DNA of 64,000 nt from an uncultured Gammaproteobacteria bacterium (GTDB lineage Bacteria > Pseudomonadota > Gammaproteobacteria > SZUA-229): assembly GCA_963759005.1 (NCBI GenBank), contig CAVWXQ010000006.1:17020-81019 (forward strand). Reading direction: 5' to 3'. The stretch's first letter is position 1. Each line of letters starts with the position of its first letter. The position numbers and the translations under genes were made by a program. This document shows positions 1 through 10,676 of the stretch, piece after piece. The notes under the pieces are model-generated. The model had not been told where the DNA came from. It did no database searches and saw nothing but the letters and a program-made list of their open reading frames with translations.

Positions 1-46
1 ATATCAGGTTGTTGTAATGCTTTTTTGTATTGTTCGGTTAATGACA
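1..46 (-). CDS. 5' end of an unidentified gene running off the window; N-terminus MSLTEQYKKALQQPD
   Basis: The reverse complement of 1..46 starts with ATG and reads as an open N-terminus. It is too short to identify and has a weak SD. Confidence 0.2.
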
Positions 47-139
47 TGATTACTGGCATAATCCAGGATAGTTTTTTATGTGATTTTATATTAAAAAGAT
101 TAATGATACCGTTTGCTAAATCTATAAATAAAACATATT

Positions 140-245
140 CGGCATCACTGCTGTCCCGCTAACAAAAAGAAATTGCCTAAACAGGCTGATGATGCAGGCC
201 TGGACAAGGATTGCACTAATCCGAGACATGAACCGGGCAGCAGTG
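140..245. repeat. Roughly 100-bp interspersed repeat (family R4), second copy at 53262..53360
   Basis: The two loci share cactg(c)tgtcccgctaacaaaaagaaatt...aaacag(g/c)ctgatg...taatccgagacatgaacc(g/a)g. Confidence 0.6.
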
Positions 246-548
246 ATTCGGTATATAATACTGTCGTCATTCCGGTATGCTTTTGGCCGGAATCCATGAA
301 TACAGGGTTAGATTCCGGGCAAAAGCATAGCGAAATGACGAGTTCATGTGATATCAGTGATTTAAATCAGTGTTTTCATTGTCGCTATTCGCTGATTTTG
401 CTAGTATTGCCTCCCGAGCAGATGAAGTGAATGTATGCATGAATTCTTGAATATATTTCCTGGTTCGGGGCACGTCACTTTCTTCATTCTTAAACTGCTG
501 TATATACTTACTACTGTACCTTACTTACTGCTACCAGGGCTTGTTTTC

Positions 549-2216
549 ATGACCAGATATATTTTTGTTACCGGTGGTGTTGTTTCTTCATTGGGTAAAG
601 GTCTTGCCTCTGCTGCTGTTGGTGCTATTTTAGAAAGCCGTGGTCTGAAAGTTCAGATGATGAAGCTCGATCCCTATATTAATGTGGACCCGGGAACCAT
701 GAGTCCATTTCAGCACGGTGAAGTTTTTGTGACTGAAGACGGTGCCGAGACGGATCTAGATTTAGGACACTATGAACGTTTCGTTAGCACGCGAACAGGT
801 AAATCCAGTAATTTCACTACTGGTAAAGTTTACGAAAGTGTTATTCGCAAAGAACGTCGCGGTGAATATCTGGGCGGTACGGTTCAGGTTATTCCGCACA
901 TTACTGATGAAATCATATCGCGCATTAAAGCCGGTGCTAAGGATGCGGATATTGCTATGGTTGAGATTGGTGGCACGGTTGGTGATATTGAGTCACTGCC
1001 GTTTATGGAAGCGATTCGTCAAATGGGTGTAGAGCTGGGCAGAGAACACGCCATGTTTATGCATTTAACACTGGTGCCATATATTGCGACGGCCGGCGAA
1101 GTTAAAACAAAACCCACCCAGCATTCAGTGAAAGAATTACGCTCCATTGGTATTCAGCCGGACTTATTACTTTGTCGTTCAGAGAAGCTACTAACAGATG
1201 AGCAGCGCAGCAAAATCGCTTTGTTTACCAATGTACCGGCTAAAGCGGTTATCTCAGCAATCGATTTAGATAATATTTATAAAATCCCTAAATGGCTGCA
1301 TGACCATGGCGTTGATGACATCATCGTTGAGCACATGCATCTTGATGTTAAACCCACCGATTTGTCTGACTGGCAAAAAGTGATTGATGTGATGGCTAAT
1401 CCGGCACATGAAGTGACGGTGGGTATGGTCGGTAAATATGTTGACCTGACTGAGTCCTATAAGTCACTTAATGAAGCCCTGTCACACGCAGGTGTGCATA
1501 ATAACGCGCATGTCAATATTCGCTATATTGATTCTGTTGTACTTGAGTCAGGCAATATGACCGCACTAAAGAATCTGGATGCTATTTTGGTGCCTGGCGG
1601 TTTTGGTGATCGTGGTATTGAAGGCAAGATTGCAGCCATAAAATATGCGCGTGAAAACAAAGTTCCCTTTTTGGGTATTTGTCTGGGTATGCAGCTGGCC
1701 GTGATTGAATTTGCACGAAATGTTGCCGGTTTAACAGACGCACACAGTAGTGAATTTGACGCAAACACCATGCACCCTGTTATCGCCTTAATTACTGAAT
1801 GGCAGGATGAAAATGGTCGCTTTGAAAAACGTAATGCGGATTCTGATTTGGGTGGTACTATGCGTTTAGGTGGTCAAAACTGTTTACTGCTGGAAAATAC
1901 GCTGGCACGTTCAGCGTATGGCACAGATTCTGTTGTAGAGCGTCATCGTCATCGTTATGAATTTAATAATCATTATTTACAACAGTTAACCGATGCGGGT
2001 CTGGTGATTAGTGGTAAGTCCAATGATGGCAAATTGATGGAAATGGTGGAGTTGCCACAACAAGGTCAACTGGCGCACCCATGGTTTCTTGGCTGTCAAT
2101 TTCATCCCGAATTTACTTCAACACCGAGAACCGGCCATCCGTTGTTTACCGATTATATAAAAGCAGCATTGGCACATCAGAATAAAACAACAGAAGTGGC
2201 AGAAGTTATTGCGTAA
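549..2216 (+). CDS. pyrG: CTP synthase; glutamine amidotransferase domain present
   Basis: [19 protein letters not shown]-terminus and GICLGMQ class-I GATase motif. The 435 start in the ORF track is a spurious upstream extension; the in-frame ATG is at 549. Confidence 0.95.
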   Translation: MTRYIFVTGGVVSSLGKGLASAAVGAILESRGLKVQMMKLDPYINVDPGTMSPFQHGEVFVTEDGAETDLDLGHYERFVSTRTGKSSNFTTGKVYESVIRKERRGEYLGGTVQVIPHITDEIISRIKAGAKDADIAMVEIGGTVGDIESLPFMEAIRQMGVELGREHAMFMHLTLVPYIATAGEVKTKPTQHSVKELRSIGIQPDLLLCRSEKLLTDEQRSKIALFTNVPAKAVISAIDLDNIYKIPKWLHDHGVDDIIVEHMHLDVKPTDLSDWQKVIDVMANPAHEVTVGMVGKYVDLTESYKSLNEALSHAGVHNNAHVNIRYIDSVVLESGNMTALKNLDAILVPGGFGDRGIEGKIAAIKYARENKVPFLGICLGMQLAVIEFARNVAGLTDAHSSEFDANTMHPVIALITEWQDENGRFEKRNADSDLGGTMRLGGQNCLLLENTLARSAYGTDSVVERHRHRYEFNNHYLQQLTDAGLVISGKSNDGKLMEMVELPQQGQLAHPWFLGCQFHPEFTSTPRTGHPLFTDYIKAALAHQNKTTEVAEVIA

Positions 2217-2249
2217 TATACTAAATGCACACCCTACAGAGCAAATTTA

Positions 2250-3083
2250 ATGAAATTATGTGATTTTGAAGTTGGTCTGGATAAACCGCTGTTTTTAATT
2301 GCCGGCCCCTGTGTTATTGAAAGTGAACAAATGGCGATGGAAACCGCTACACAATTAAAAGAAATTACTTCTAAATTGGGTATCCCGTTTATCTATAAAT
2401 CATCGTTTGATAAAGCTAACCGTTCTTCGGGCACAAGTTTTCGCGGTCCCGGTATGGAGCAAGGTTTACGCATATTGCAAAAAGTAAAAGATGAAGTCGG
2501 TGTGCCAGTATTAACTGATGTACATGAAGACACAGCAATGGATGAAGTGGCGTCAGTCGTTGATGTTTTGCAGACCCCCGCTTTTTTGTGTCGGCAGACC
2601 AATTTTATTTTGAAAGTGGCGGCCACAGGTAAACCGGTCAATATCAAGAAGGGCCAGTTTCTGGCGCCAGGTGATATGAAAAACGTGATTGATAAAGCAC
2701 GCTCTACGGGTAATCAAAATATTATGGCGTGTGAGCGCGGTGTTTCATTTGGATATAACAACCTGGTATCCGATATGCGCTCGCTAGCGATCATGCGTGA
2801 AAGTAACTGCCCGGTGGTTTATGATGGTACACATTCTGTACAGTTACCCGGTGGCCAGGGTACTTCTTCTGGTGGTCAGCGTGAACATATACCCGTGTTA
2901 GCACGCGCAGCGGTAGCCGCAGGTATTTCAGGTTTGTTTATGGAAACCCATCCAGATCCAGCTAATGCGTTGAGCGATGGCCCAAATGCATGGCCGCTGC
3001 AAAAGATGGGATCACTATTGTCTGTTTTGATGCAAATTGATGCAACGGTTAAAAACAATACAATGCATGAGTTAGAGTTGTAG
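2250..3083 (+). CDS. kdsA: 3-deoxy-8-phosphooctulonate (KDO-8-P) synthase
   Basis: 277 aa, in the conserved pyrG-kdsA-eno synteny, with KdsA-like sequence ([12 protein letters not shown]..). Confidence 0.9.
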   Translation: MKLCDFEVGLDKPLFLIAGPCVIESEQMAMETATQLKEITSKLGIPFIYKSSFDKANRSSGTSFRGPGMEQGLRILQKVKDEVGVPVLTDVHEDTAMDEVASVVDVLQTPAFLCRQTNFILKVAATGKPVNIKKGQFLAPGDMKNVIDKARSTGNQNIMACERGVSFGYNNLVSDMRSLAIMRESNCPVVYDGTHSVQLPGGQGTSSGGQREHIPVLARAAVAAGISGLFMETHPDPANALSDGPNAWPLQKMGSLLSVLMQIDATVKNNTMHELEL

Positions 3084-3212
3084 CTGCGAATAAATAATTC
3101 AGCATAGCCACCGGCTTCACCCCTTTGAGGCTAAGGTGATAAATTGTTCCAGACAATTTATTCGCATCTACACGAAATTAAATAATTTACCAAAATCTAT
3201 AATTTACATTAA

Positions 3213-4529
<1,317 letters not shown>

Positions 4530-4559
4530 GCTGGTTTTTTTTGAGCTGACACCACATCA

Positions 4560-4865
4560 GTGAAAATCATTGCCTTTGTATTACTGGTTTTACTGATCTG
4601 GCTTCAATATAAAATCTGGTTGCAGGATGGGGGCATACCGGAAGTTATACAGTTACAACAGGAAATCGAAGTAGTAAAAACAGAAGTACAGAAATTACAG
4701 GAACGTAATTCGTCACTGGATGCTGAGGTGAAAGATCTTAAAAAAGGCCTGGATGCGATTGAGGAACGTGCGCGCAGCGAAATGGGCATGATAAAAGAAG
4801 GCGAAGTGTACTATCAGGTGATCGAGCCTGAGAAGAATAAGTCTTCCGCAAATACACGCGAATAA
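4560..4865 (+). CDS. ftsB: Cell division protein FtsB
   Basis: N-terminal TM helix LLIWLQYKIW plus coiled coil, conserved eno-ftsB-ispD-ispF order, and a GTG start. Confidence 0.8.
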   Translation: MKIIAFVLLVLLIWLQYKIWLQDGGIPEVIQLQQEIEVVKTEVQKLQERNSSLDAEVKDLKKGLDAIEERARSEMGMIKEGEVYYQVIEPEKNKSSANTRE

Positions 4866-4929
4866 GCGCAAATATGAATTTTAAAATCCACAGATGAACA
4901 CAGATTAATGAATTTTTTTGTTTTTAACA

Positions 4930-5060
4930 TCTGCGTTGACGTGCATGGAAGCACTTATGTCCAGGGACGGACAGTATTTCGCAAGGAGCCAGGAAGGTGG
5001 TGCGATAATGTCGTGGACGCATGGATGCGTAGGAGCGACCATCTGCGTTCATCTGTGGAT
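4930..5060. repeat. Small interspersed repeat, family R1 (GCATGGATGCG core), flanked by a 9-bp direct repeat atctgcgtt
   Basis: Related copies lie at 8318..8400, 10797..10898 (inside mtnP) and 38463..38650. The direct repeat occurs at 4930-4938 and 5041-5049. Confidence 0.6.
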
Positions 5061-5086
5061 AATTGTTTTAAGTCATTTGTGAGTAT

Positions 5087-5830
5087 TTGCGGAAAAATAT
5101 TATGAACCACGCAATATGGGCAATCGTGCCAGCTGCCGGTATTGGCAAACGTATGCAGTCTGATGTCCCCAAACAATATCTTTCGTTAAACGGACGACCT
5201 GTCCTTGAACACACAATAAATACCTTACTGAAAAACATAAATATTTCTGGTATGGTTATTGCCTTACAGCAGGATGATGTCTATTTTGCGGATATAAAAA
5301 TACATACGAATAAACCGGTATTACGTGCAGCAGGCGGCAAAGAACGTGCTGATTCTGTATTAAATGCCTTAGCAACATTATTTCAGCACAATCAATTTGA
5401 TAACAACAAAGATTGGGTAATGGTGCATGACGCGGTTCGTGCCTGTTTACAACAGCAGGATATCGATAGACTGGTAAGCGAAGTGGCTGAGGATAAAAAT
5501 GGTGGATTATTAGCTTTGCCGGTACGTGACACCATGAAAAAACAGAACATGGGCGAATCCATTGCCAGCGTTGCAAAAACCATAAAACGGGAAAACCTCT
5601 GGCATGCGCTGACACCGCAGTATTTTCACGCTGCAAGCCTGAAAAATGCGCTGGAAAAAGCCCGGTTAGATAATATGCCTATAACGGATGAGTCTTCTGC
5701 AATGGAATTTGCCGGTTTTTCTCCGAGACTGGTGCAGGGTTATGAGGATAATATTAAAATTACCCGGCCTGATGATTTACGCCTGGCCAGTTTGTTTCTC
5801 CAGTCACAGAACTGTGATTACGATAAGTAA
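5087..5830 (+). CDS. ispD: 2-C-methyl-D-erythritol 4-phosphate cytidylyltransferase
   Basis: AIVPAAGIGKRM N-terminal motif and its position upstream of ispF. Confidence 0.9.
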   Translation: MRKNIMNHAIWAIVPAAGIGKRMQSDVPKQYLSLNGRPVLEHTINTLLKNINISGMVIALQQDDVYFADIKIHTNKPVLRAAGGKERADSVLNALATLFQHNQFDNNKDWVMVHDAVRACLQQQDIDRLVSEVAEDKNGGLLALPVRDTMKKQNMGESIASVAKTIKRENLWHALTPQYFHAASLKNALEKARLDNMPITDESSAMEFAGFSPRLVQGYEDNIKITRPDDLRLASLFLQSQNCDYDK

Positions 5831-5887
5831 TGCACTGAAATCGTTCCCGACGATTTTCAGTATACACTCCATCCATGGAGATAAAGA
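5831..5887. repeat. Hairpin repeat, family R3, ending in GGAGATAAAGAATG and supplying the SD for ispF
   Basis: tgcactgaaatcgttcccgacgattttcagtatacactccatccatggagataaagaatg, with 3.6 tandem copies at 51121..51305 and a mosaic copy at 9489..9560. Confidence 0.65.
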
Positions 5888-5894
5888 ATGAGTA

Positions 5895-6413
5895 GTGGTG
5901 ATGAATAACAACAGCGACAGTCAATTACCACCATATAGAATTGGCCATGGTTATGATGTGCACCGTTTTGGCGAAGGCGATTTTATTGTTTTAGGCGGCC
6001 AGAAAATTCCACATGATCATGGTTTTATTGCGCACTCTGATGGTGATGTATTAATTCATTCGTTATGTGATGCATTATTAGGAAGCATTGCAGCGGGTGA
6101 TATCGGTCAACACTTTCCTGATACTGATGAACAATATAAAAATATTGATAGTAGTATTCTATTAGAAAAAATAAATCAGTTATTAAAACAGGATCAGTTT
6201 ATGATTGGTAATATTGACATAAGCATCGTTGCGCAAACACCGAAAATGTCACCGCATATACAATCAATGCGCCAGCATCTTGCCAATGTTTTAAACATCG
6301 CACAAACACAAATTAATATCAAAGCAACAACAACCGAAAAGTTAGGCTTTACCGGCAGGCAAGAAGGGATTGCTGTGCACAGTGTTGTAATGGTTTATAG
6401 TATTCCCACTTAA
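5895..6413 (+). CDS. ispF: 2-C-methyl-D-erythritol 2,4-cyclodiphosphate synthase
   Basis: IGHGYDVHRF and HSDGDV motifs. Confidence 0.9.
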   Translation: MVMNNNSDSQLPPYRIGHGYDVHRFGEGDFIVLGGQKIPHDHGFIAHSDGDVLIHSLCDALLGSIAAGDIGQHFPDTDEQYKNIDSSILLEKINQLLKQDQFMIGNIDISIVAQTPKMSPHIQSMRQHLANVLNIAQTQINIKATTTEKLGFTGRQEGIAVHSVVMVYSIPT

Positions 6414-6703
6414 TTGATTAAAAATGCATTTATTACTGTATTTGTAGTAAATTATGCATTTTTTTTTGCAAAAACTATTTACTTTGCTTGATTTAAGCTA
6501 TAAAACATCATCACGGTTTTATTCATTATTTCTTGTCTATAATGATTAGCGCAAATGATGTGTAAATCGGGATACATGTCAGGAAATATAGAAGACAGTA
6601 AGATGGATAAATCTTCACTGATACATAAAAAAAATAACTGGAACAAAGGAACCAGATAAAAATAATTTAAAATAAATATCAATCATCAAAGGGCGAAAAA
6701 ATA

Positions 6704-7129
6704 ATGGTACTAACAAAAAAGAAAGTGATTAAGAAGAAGACGACGACGAAAAAGAAAACGGTAAGTAGGGCTGTAACAAAAGCAGCAGCACCAGTAAAGA
6801 CAGTTAAAGCTATAACTAACGCTTATACCAAAACACAACTATACGCACATATCGCTGAAGACACCGAATTAGCACGTAAAGATATTGCTAAAGTTTTTGA
6901 CTCACTAGGTGATGTCATCCATGGTCATATTAAAAGTCGTGGCATAGGTGAATTTAAAGTACCTGGCTTATTGAAAATTAAAGTGACTAAAAAACCTGCA
7001 ACCAAAGCCAGAAAGAATGTACCAAATCCATTCCGTCCTGGCGAGTTCATGGACGTTGCTGCGAAACCAGCACGCAAGGTTGTTAAAGTTCTGCCATTGA
7101 AAGCACTTAAAGATATGGCTGCTAGCTAA
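6704..7129 (+). CDS. HU/IHF-family DNA-binding protein with a lysine-rich histone-H1-like N-terminal tail
   Basis: N-terminal KKKVIKKKTTTKKKT... tail followed by an HU fold (GEFKVPGLLKIKVTKKPATKARKNVPNPFRPGE..). Confidence 0.7.
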   Translation: MVLTKKKVIKKKTTTKKKTVSRAVTKAAAPVKTVKAITNAYTKTQLYAHIAEDTELARKDIAKVFDSLGDVIHGHIKSRGIGEFKVPGLLKIKVTKKPATKARKNVPNPFRPGEFMDVAAKPARKVVKVLPLKALKDMAAS

Positions 7130-7155
7130 GCTAGCACAAGCTTTGTATGACTTTT

Positions 7156-7193
7156 AAAAAGCCCTGTAAGACATGTTTTACAGGGCTTTTTTA
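7156..7193 (+). terminator. Rho-independent terminator
   Basis: gccctgtaa / ttacagggc stem followed by a T6 run. Confidence 0.7.
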
Positions 7194-7205
7194 TTGACAT
7201 AACCC

Positions 7206-7621
7206 GTCAAAGCTATATTGATGGGTTCGGACCACAGTGGTAGCCGAAGATTGACCAGTCAACATCCATGGCTGTGTTACCTTTCTTGTGAAAGAGCATG
7301 GCCAATCACTGCGAGATGTGGCTCGGCACACCGCTTCGCTGTTTCTCGACAACGGCCTCCTCGGCAACAGCTCCTGCGTTGCCCTAATAAGTTACATCCG
7401 TGTAACGATGCGTTGTCCTAATAAGTTATATTCGTGGACATATACATTGCACAGTACGACCACCATGGATGGTGGAAGTGCAGATATTACATATGTCCAC
7501 GGATGGACGGTAGTAGGGTAATGCAGGAGCAATTACCGAGGAGAAAATATCTGCCCGTCAATCCATGGACGTATTGCCAACTATGCTGACAGATCTACTA
7601 AACCATCAATATAGCTTTGAC
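7206..7621. mobile_element. MITE-like element, 416 bp, with perfect 19-bp terminal inverted repeats
   Basis: gtcaaagctatattgatgg at 7206-7224 and its reverse complement ccatcaatatagctttgac at 7603-7621. The interior carries R1 and R2 repeat modules and several CCATGG-centred palindromes. Confidence 0.65.
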
Positions 7622-7632
7622 AGAGTACTACC

Positions 7633-8223
7633 ATGACAACGCAAAAATTACTTTATTTACATGGCTTTAACAGTTCGCCGCAGTCACTCAAGGCGCAACT
7701 GATTAGTCAGTACATGTCTGACAAACATTGTCTGGATCAATTAATCTGTCCGCAAATTCCTTCAGTACCAGAACAAGCAAGGTTGTTTCTTGAACAACTG
7801 GTCGAAGAAACACTGGAAAATTACCCGCTGAGTTTTGCTGGTAGCTCACTGGGTGGTTATTATGCAACATATCTTGCCGAAAAATATTCCGGATATGCTG
7901 TGCTAATTAACCCATCTGTTAAACCTTATGAAACACTAAGAGCATACCTTGGTGAAAATAAATTTTATTTTGACGAAGGATGCTGGGAATTTGATGAGTC
8001 ACATATTCAGCAACTGGAAGTTATGAAGATTGAAGAAATCACCGAACCGGAACGCTATTTGGTTTTATTACAAACAGGTGACGAGACTCTGGATTATCAC
8101 GAAGCAGAATTAAAATATAAAGATAGCCAATGTATTATTGAGCAGGGCGGAGATCATTCGTTTGTTGGTTTCGAGCGCTATCTTCAGAAAATTTTGCAGT
8201 TTAGCCGAATACCATGTGGTTAA
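7633..8223 (+). CDS. YqiA-like esterase (alpha/beta hydrolase, UPF0227)
   Basis: LLYLHGFNSSPQSLKA N-terminus and a GSSLGG nucleophile elbow. Confidence 0.75.
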   Translation: MTTQKLLYLHGFNSSPQSLKAQLISQYMSDKHCLDQLICPQIPSVPEQARLFLEQLVEETLENYPLSFAGSSLGGYYATYLAEKYSGYAVLINPSVKPYETLRAYLGENKFYFDEGCWEFDESHIQQLEVMKIEEITEPERYLVLLQTGDETLDYHEAELKYKDSQCIIEQGGDHSFVGFERYLQKILQFSRIPCG

Positions 8224-8317
8224 ATATGATTAACAAAAAAAATATTTCACCATAGATGACACAGAGTTTTATTTGTGTGACTGCGCCTGCTGCGCAGTTA
8301 ACACATAAATCTTTTCT

Positions 8318-8400
8318 CTGTGCCCTCTGTGCGACGTGCATGGATGCACTAATGTCGCAGGTGTACGGATACACAAGAGCGACCTCTGTGGTGAGAAGCT
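8318..8400. repeat. R1-family repeat copy flanked by a ctctgtg direct repeat
   Basis: cgacgtgcatggatgcac...agagcgac with ctctgtg on both sides. Confidence 0.55.
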
Positions 8401-8436
8401 TTTAGTTTTTATAAGTAGATTTTATTAGGTGCTATT

Positions 8437-9483
8437 ATGACACTTGGCCCATTGATGGTTGATCTGGAAGGAATAGCCATTAGCGAAATAGAAAGAAACT
8501 TACTATTGAAATCTGAAGTTGGTGGTATTATTCTGTTCACCCGTAACTTCAAGTCAGTCGAACAATTAACCGCCCTGGTTGATGAAGTTCATCAACTGAG
8601 AACGCCGAAATTACTTGTTGCTGTTGATCACGAAGGCGGGCGCGTACAACGATTTCATGAAGGATTTAGTCGAATACCGGCAGCGGCAACATTTGCAAGA
8701 GTGGCAAAAAATGATTTGAAAAAAAGCCGGCAACTAGCTGAAGATGCGGGCTGGTTGATGGCAGTTGAACTGCGTGCCTGTGGCATAGATTTCAGTTTTG
8801 CGCCGGTGCTTGATCTGGCGCATGGATTAAGTGGTGTTATTGGTGACCGCGCGTTTCATAGCAAGCCGTCGACGGTTGCTACACTGGCGTATGCCTTTAT
8901 GCACGGCATGAACAGGGCTGGCATGCATGCGGTAGGTAAACATTTTCCCGGCCATGGCGGTGTTGTAGAAGATTCTCATGTGGCGATGCCGGTCGATCAT
9001 CGTGAACTTGATGAGTTATTACGTACTGATATTGTACCATTTGAAAACATGATAGAAAACAAGCTGGCAGGGATTATGCCCGCACATGTAATATACGATA
9101 AGGTAGATGACAAACCTGCTGGCTACTCATCTTTCTGGATTGAAAACATATTGCGCCAACGTTTTGGTTTCCAGGGGGTTATATTCAGTGATGATTTATC
9201 CATGGAAGCGGCTGGAATAGCCGGTGGTTTTGGCGAACGTGCGGATGCTGCCTTAAGAGCGGGGTGCGACATGGCACTAGTGTGCAATCATTTAGATGGT
9301 GCTATAGAAGCTGCAGAATATATCAAAGGTTATAACAATCCGACATCGCAGCTAAGACTGATTCGTATGCATGGAGAAAAGGATATTAGCTGGACTCAAT
9401 TAAGGCAGGATGAACATTGGCAGCATATATCTGCACGTATTGTGGCATTGAATGATTCACCGGAATTGGAAATGGACGTTTAA
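8437..9483 (+). CDS. nagZ: Beta-N-acetylhexosaminidase
   Basis: VDHEGGRVQRF and KHFPGHGG motifs; 348 aa. Confidence 0.9.
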   Translation: MTLGPLMVDLEGIAISEIERNLLLKSEVGGIILFTRNFKSVEQLTALVDEVHQLRTPKLLVAVDHEGGRVQRFHEGFSRIPAAATFARVAKNDLKKSRQLAEDAGWLMAVELRACGIDFSFAPVLDLAHGLSGVIGDRAFHSKPSTVATLAYAFMHGMNRAGMHAVGKHFPGHGGVVEDSHVAMPVDHRELDELLRTDIVPFENMIENKLAGIMPAHVIYDKVDDKPAGYSSFWIENILRQRFGFQGVIFSDDLSMEAAGIAGGFGERADAALRAGCDMALVCNHLDGAIEAAEYIKGYNNPTSQLRLIRMHGEKDISWTQLRQDEHWQHISARIVALNDSPELEMDV

Positions 9484-9488
9484 TAACA

Positions 9489-9560
9489 GTGCACTGGAAT
9501 CGTTCCTAGGCACACCGCTTCGCTGCTCCTCGCTAACTGCTCCATCCATGGAGATAAATA
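9489..9560. repeat. Mosaic repeat: R3 left half joined to the R2 module (gcacaccgcttcgctg), ending in ccatggagataaa
   Basis: Its halves match 5831..5887 and 7321..7345. Confidence 0.55.
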
Positions 9561-9627
9561 GTGAGAAACACTGCGAAATTATTTATTATTGCCATCCTGA
9601 ATAACTTCTTCAAGACATGAAAAAATT

Positions 9628-9999
9628 ATGAACAAGAAAAAGCTGTTAATTATTATGTCTAATGCAGATCCTTTAAAACCTGAAGGCTGTTATGCGCCAT
9701 TGTTTCAGGCAACAGTCGCTGCAGCTTTATCGCATGATGTAGAAGTTGTTTTTACCGGTATCTCCGCCCAACTGGCGATTGTGGGTAATGCGGAAAGCGT
9801 TGAAATTGATCTGGAGTCACACCGCACCATATATGACATCATTAAGGAGGCATATGGTGCTGGTGTTACTTTTAAAGTCTGTAATACTTCTCTAAAAATG
9901 GCAGGTGAAGGACTGATTACTGAGTTAGAGGAAAGAGTGGGTGCGGCTTATGTTATTGATGAGGCGATGGACGAGAATACGCTTACACTAACTTATTAA
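9628..9999 (+). CDS. DsrE/DsrF-family sulfur-relay-like protein
   Basis: 123 aa with a VCNTSLKMAGEG motif resembling the DsrE family. Confidence 0.55.
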   Translation: MNKKKLLIIMSNADPLKPEGCYAPLFQATVAAALSHDVEVVFTGISAQLAIVGNAESVEIDLESHRTIYDIIKEAYGAGVTFKVCNTSLKMAGEGLITELEERVGAAYVIDEAMDENTLTLTY

Positions 10000-10044
10000 A
10001 GTAAGCGCTGATTAACCATTTATTAAAATAGTAAGGATTTAACA

Positions 10045-10599
10045 TTGTCTGACTTAACATTACCCCCTGACTGTAATCTGATTTTTGACAATCAGGAAAT
10101 AAACGGTGCACTTGATAAGCTGGCGGATAAACTTAACCCGCAGTTAAAAAACGATAACCCTGTAGTATTGTGTGTGATGCAGGGCGGTTTATTATTTTCA
10201 GGTCACCTTATACCCAAATTAAATTGTATGTTGGAGATAGATTACATACACGTCACACGGTACAACAATGAAACCTCCGGTGGAGAGCTTTTATGGAAAG
10301 CGTATCCGGAGACGCCGCTTAAAGATAGAGCGGTGTTGATCCTGGATGACATCCTTGACGAAGGAAAAACACTTCAGGCTATTATTCAATATTGTGAAGA
10401 GCAGGGCGCGGCTAAAGTTGATGCTGCCGTTTTATTAAGAAAAAAACATGATCGCTGTATCGACCATCATCGTACTGATGAAGCACTAACCGATAATATT
10501 GCACTTACTGTTGAAGATAAATATGTTTTTGGTTTTGGTATGGACTATAACGGTTTGTATCGGCAGCTTGATTCAATTTATGCATTAGGCAAGCTCTGA
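10045..10599 (+). CDS. hpt: Hypoxanthine-guanine phosphoribosyltransferase
   Basis: PRTase PRPP motif VLILDDILDEGKT; 184 aa; TTG start. Confidence 0.8.
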   Translation: MSDLTLPPDCNLIFDNQEINGALDKLADKLNPQLKNDNPVVLCVMQGGLLFSGHLIPKLNCMLEIDYIHVTRYNNETSGGELLWKAYPETPLKDRAVLILDDILDEGKTLQAIIQYCEEQGAAKVDAAVLLRKKHDRCIDHHRTDEALTDNIALTVEDKYVFGFGMDYNGLYRQLDSIYALGKL

Positions 10600-10676
10600 T
10601 TTAGTGGTGAACTTACATCCTGTCAGCAAAATGTTTCGTCCAGTCTTAAGCAGACGTTCTCTGGAGGAGTGATAGT

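Noticed and set aside
435-548. Upstream extension of the pyrG ORF (the ORF track starts at 435).
   Set aside because: The conserved CTP synthase N-terminus [10 protein letters not shown] begins at the in-frame ATG at 549. The extension is hydrophobic nonsense with no SD.
772-1771. Short ORFs within pyrG on both strands (772..1032, 1523..1771, 1582..1764).
   Set aside because: They are embedded in a conserved housekeeping gene and are typical spurious alternative-frame ORFs.
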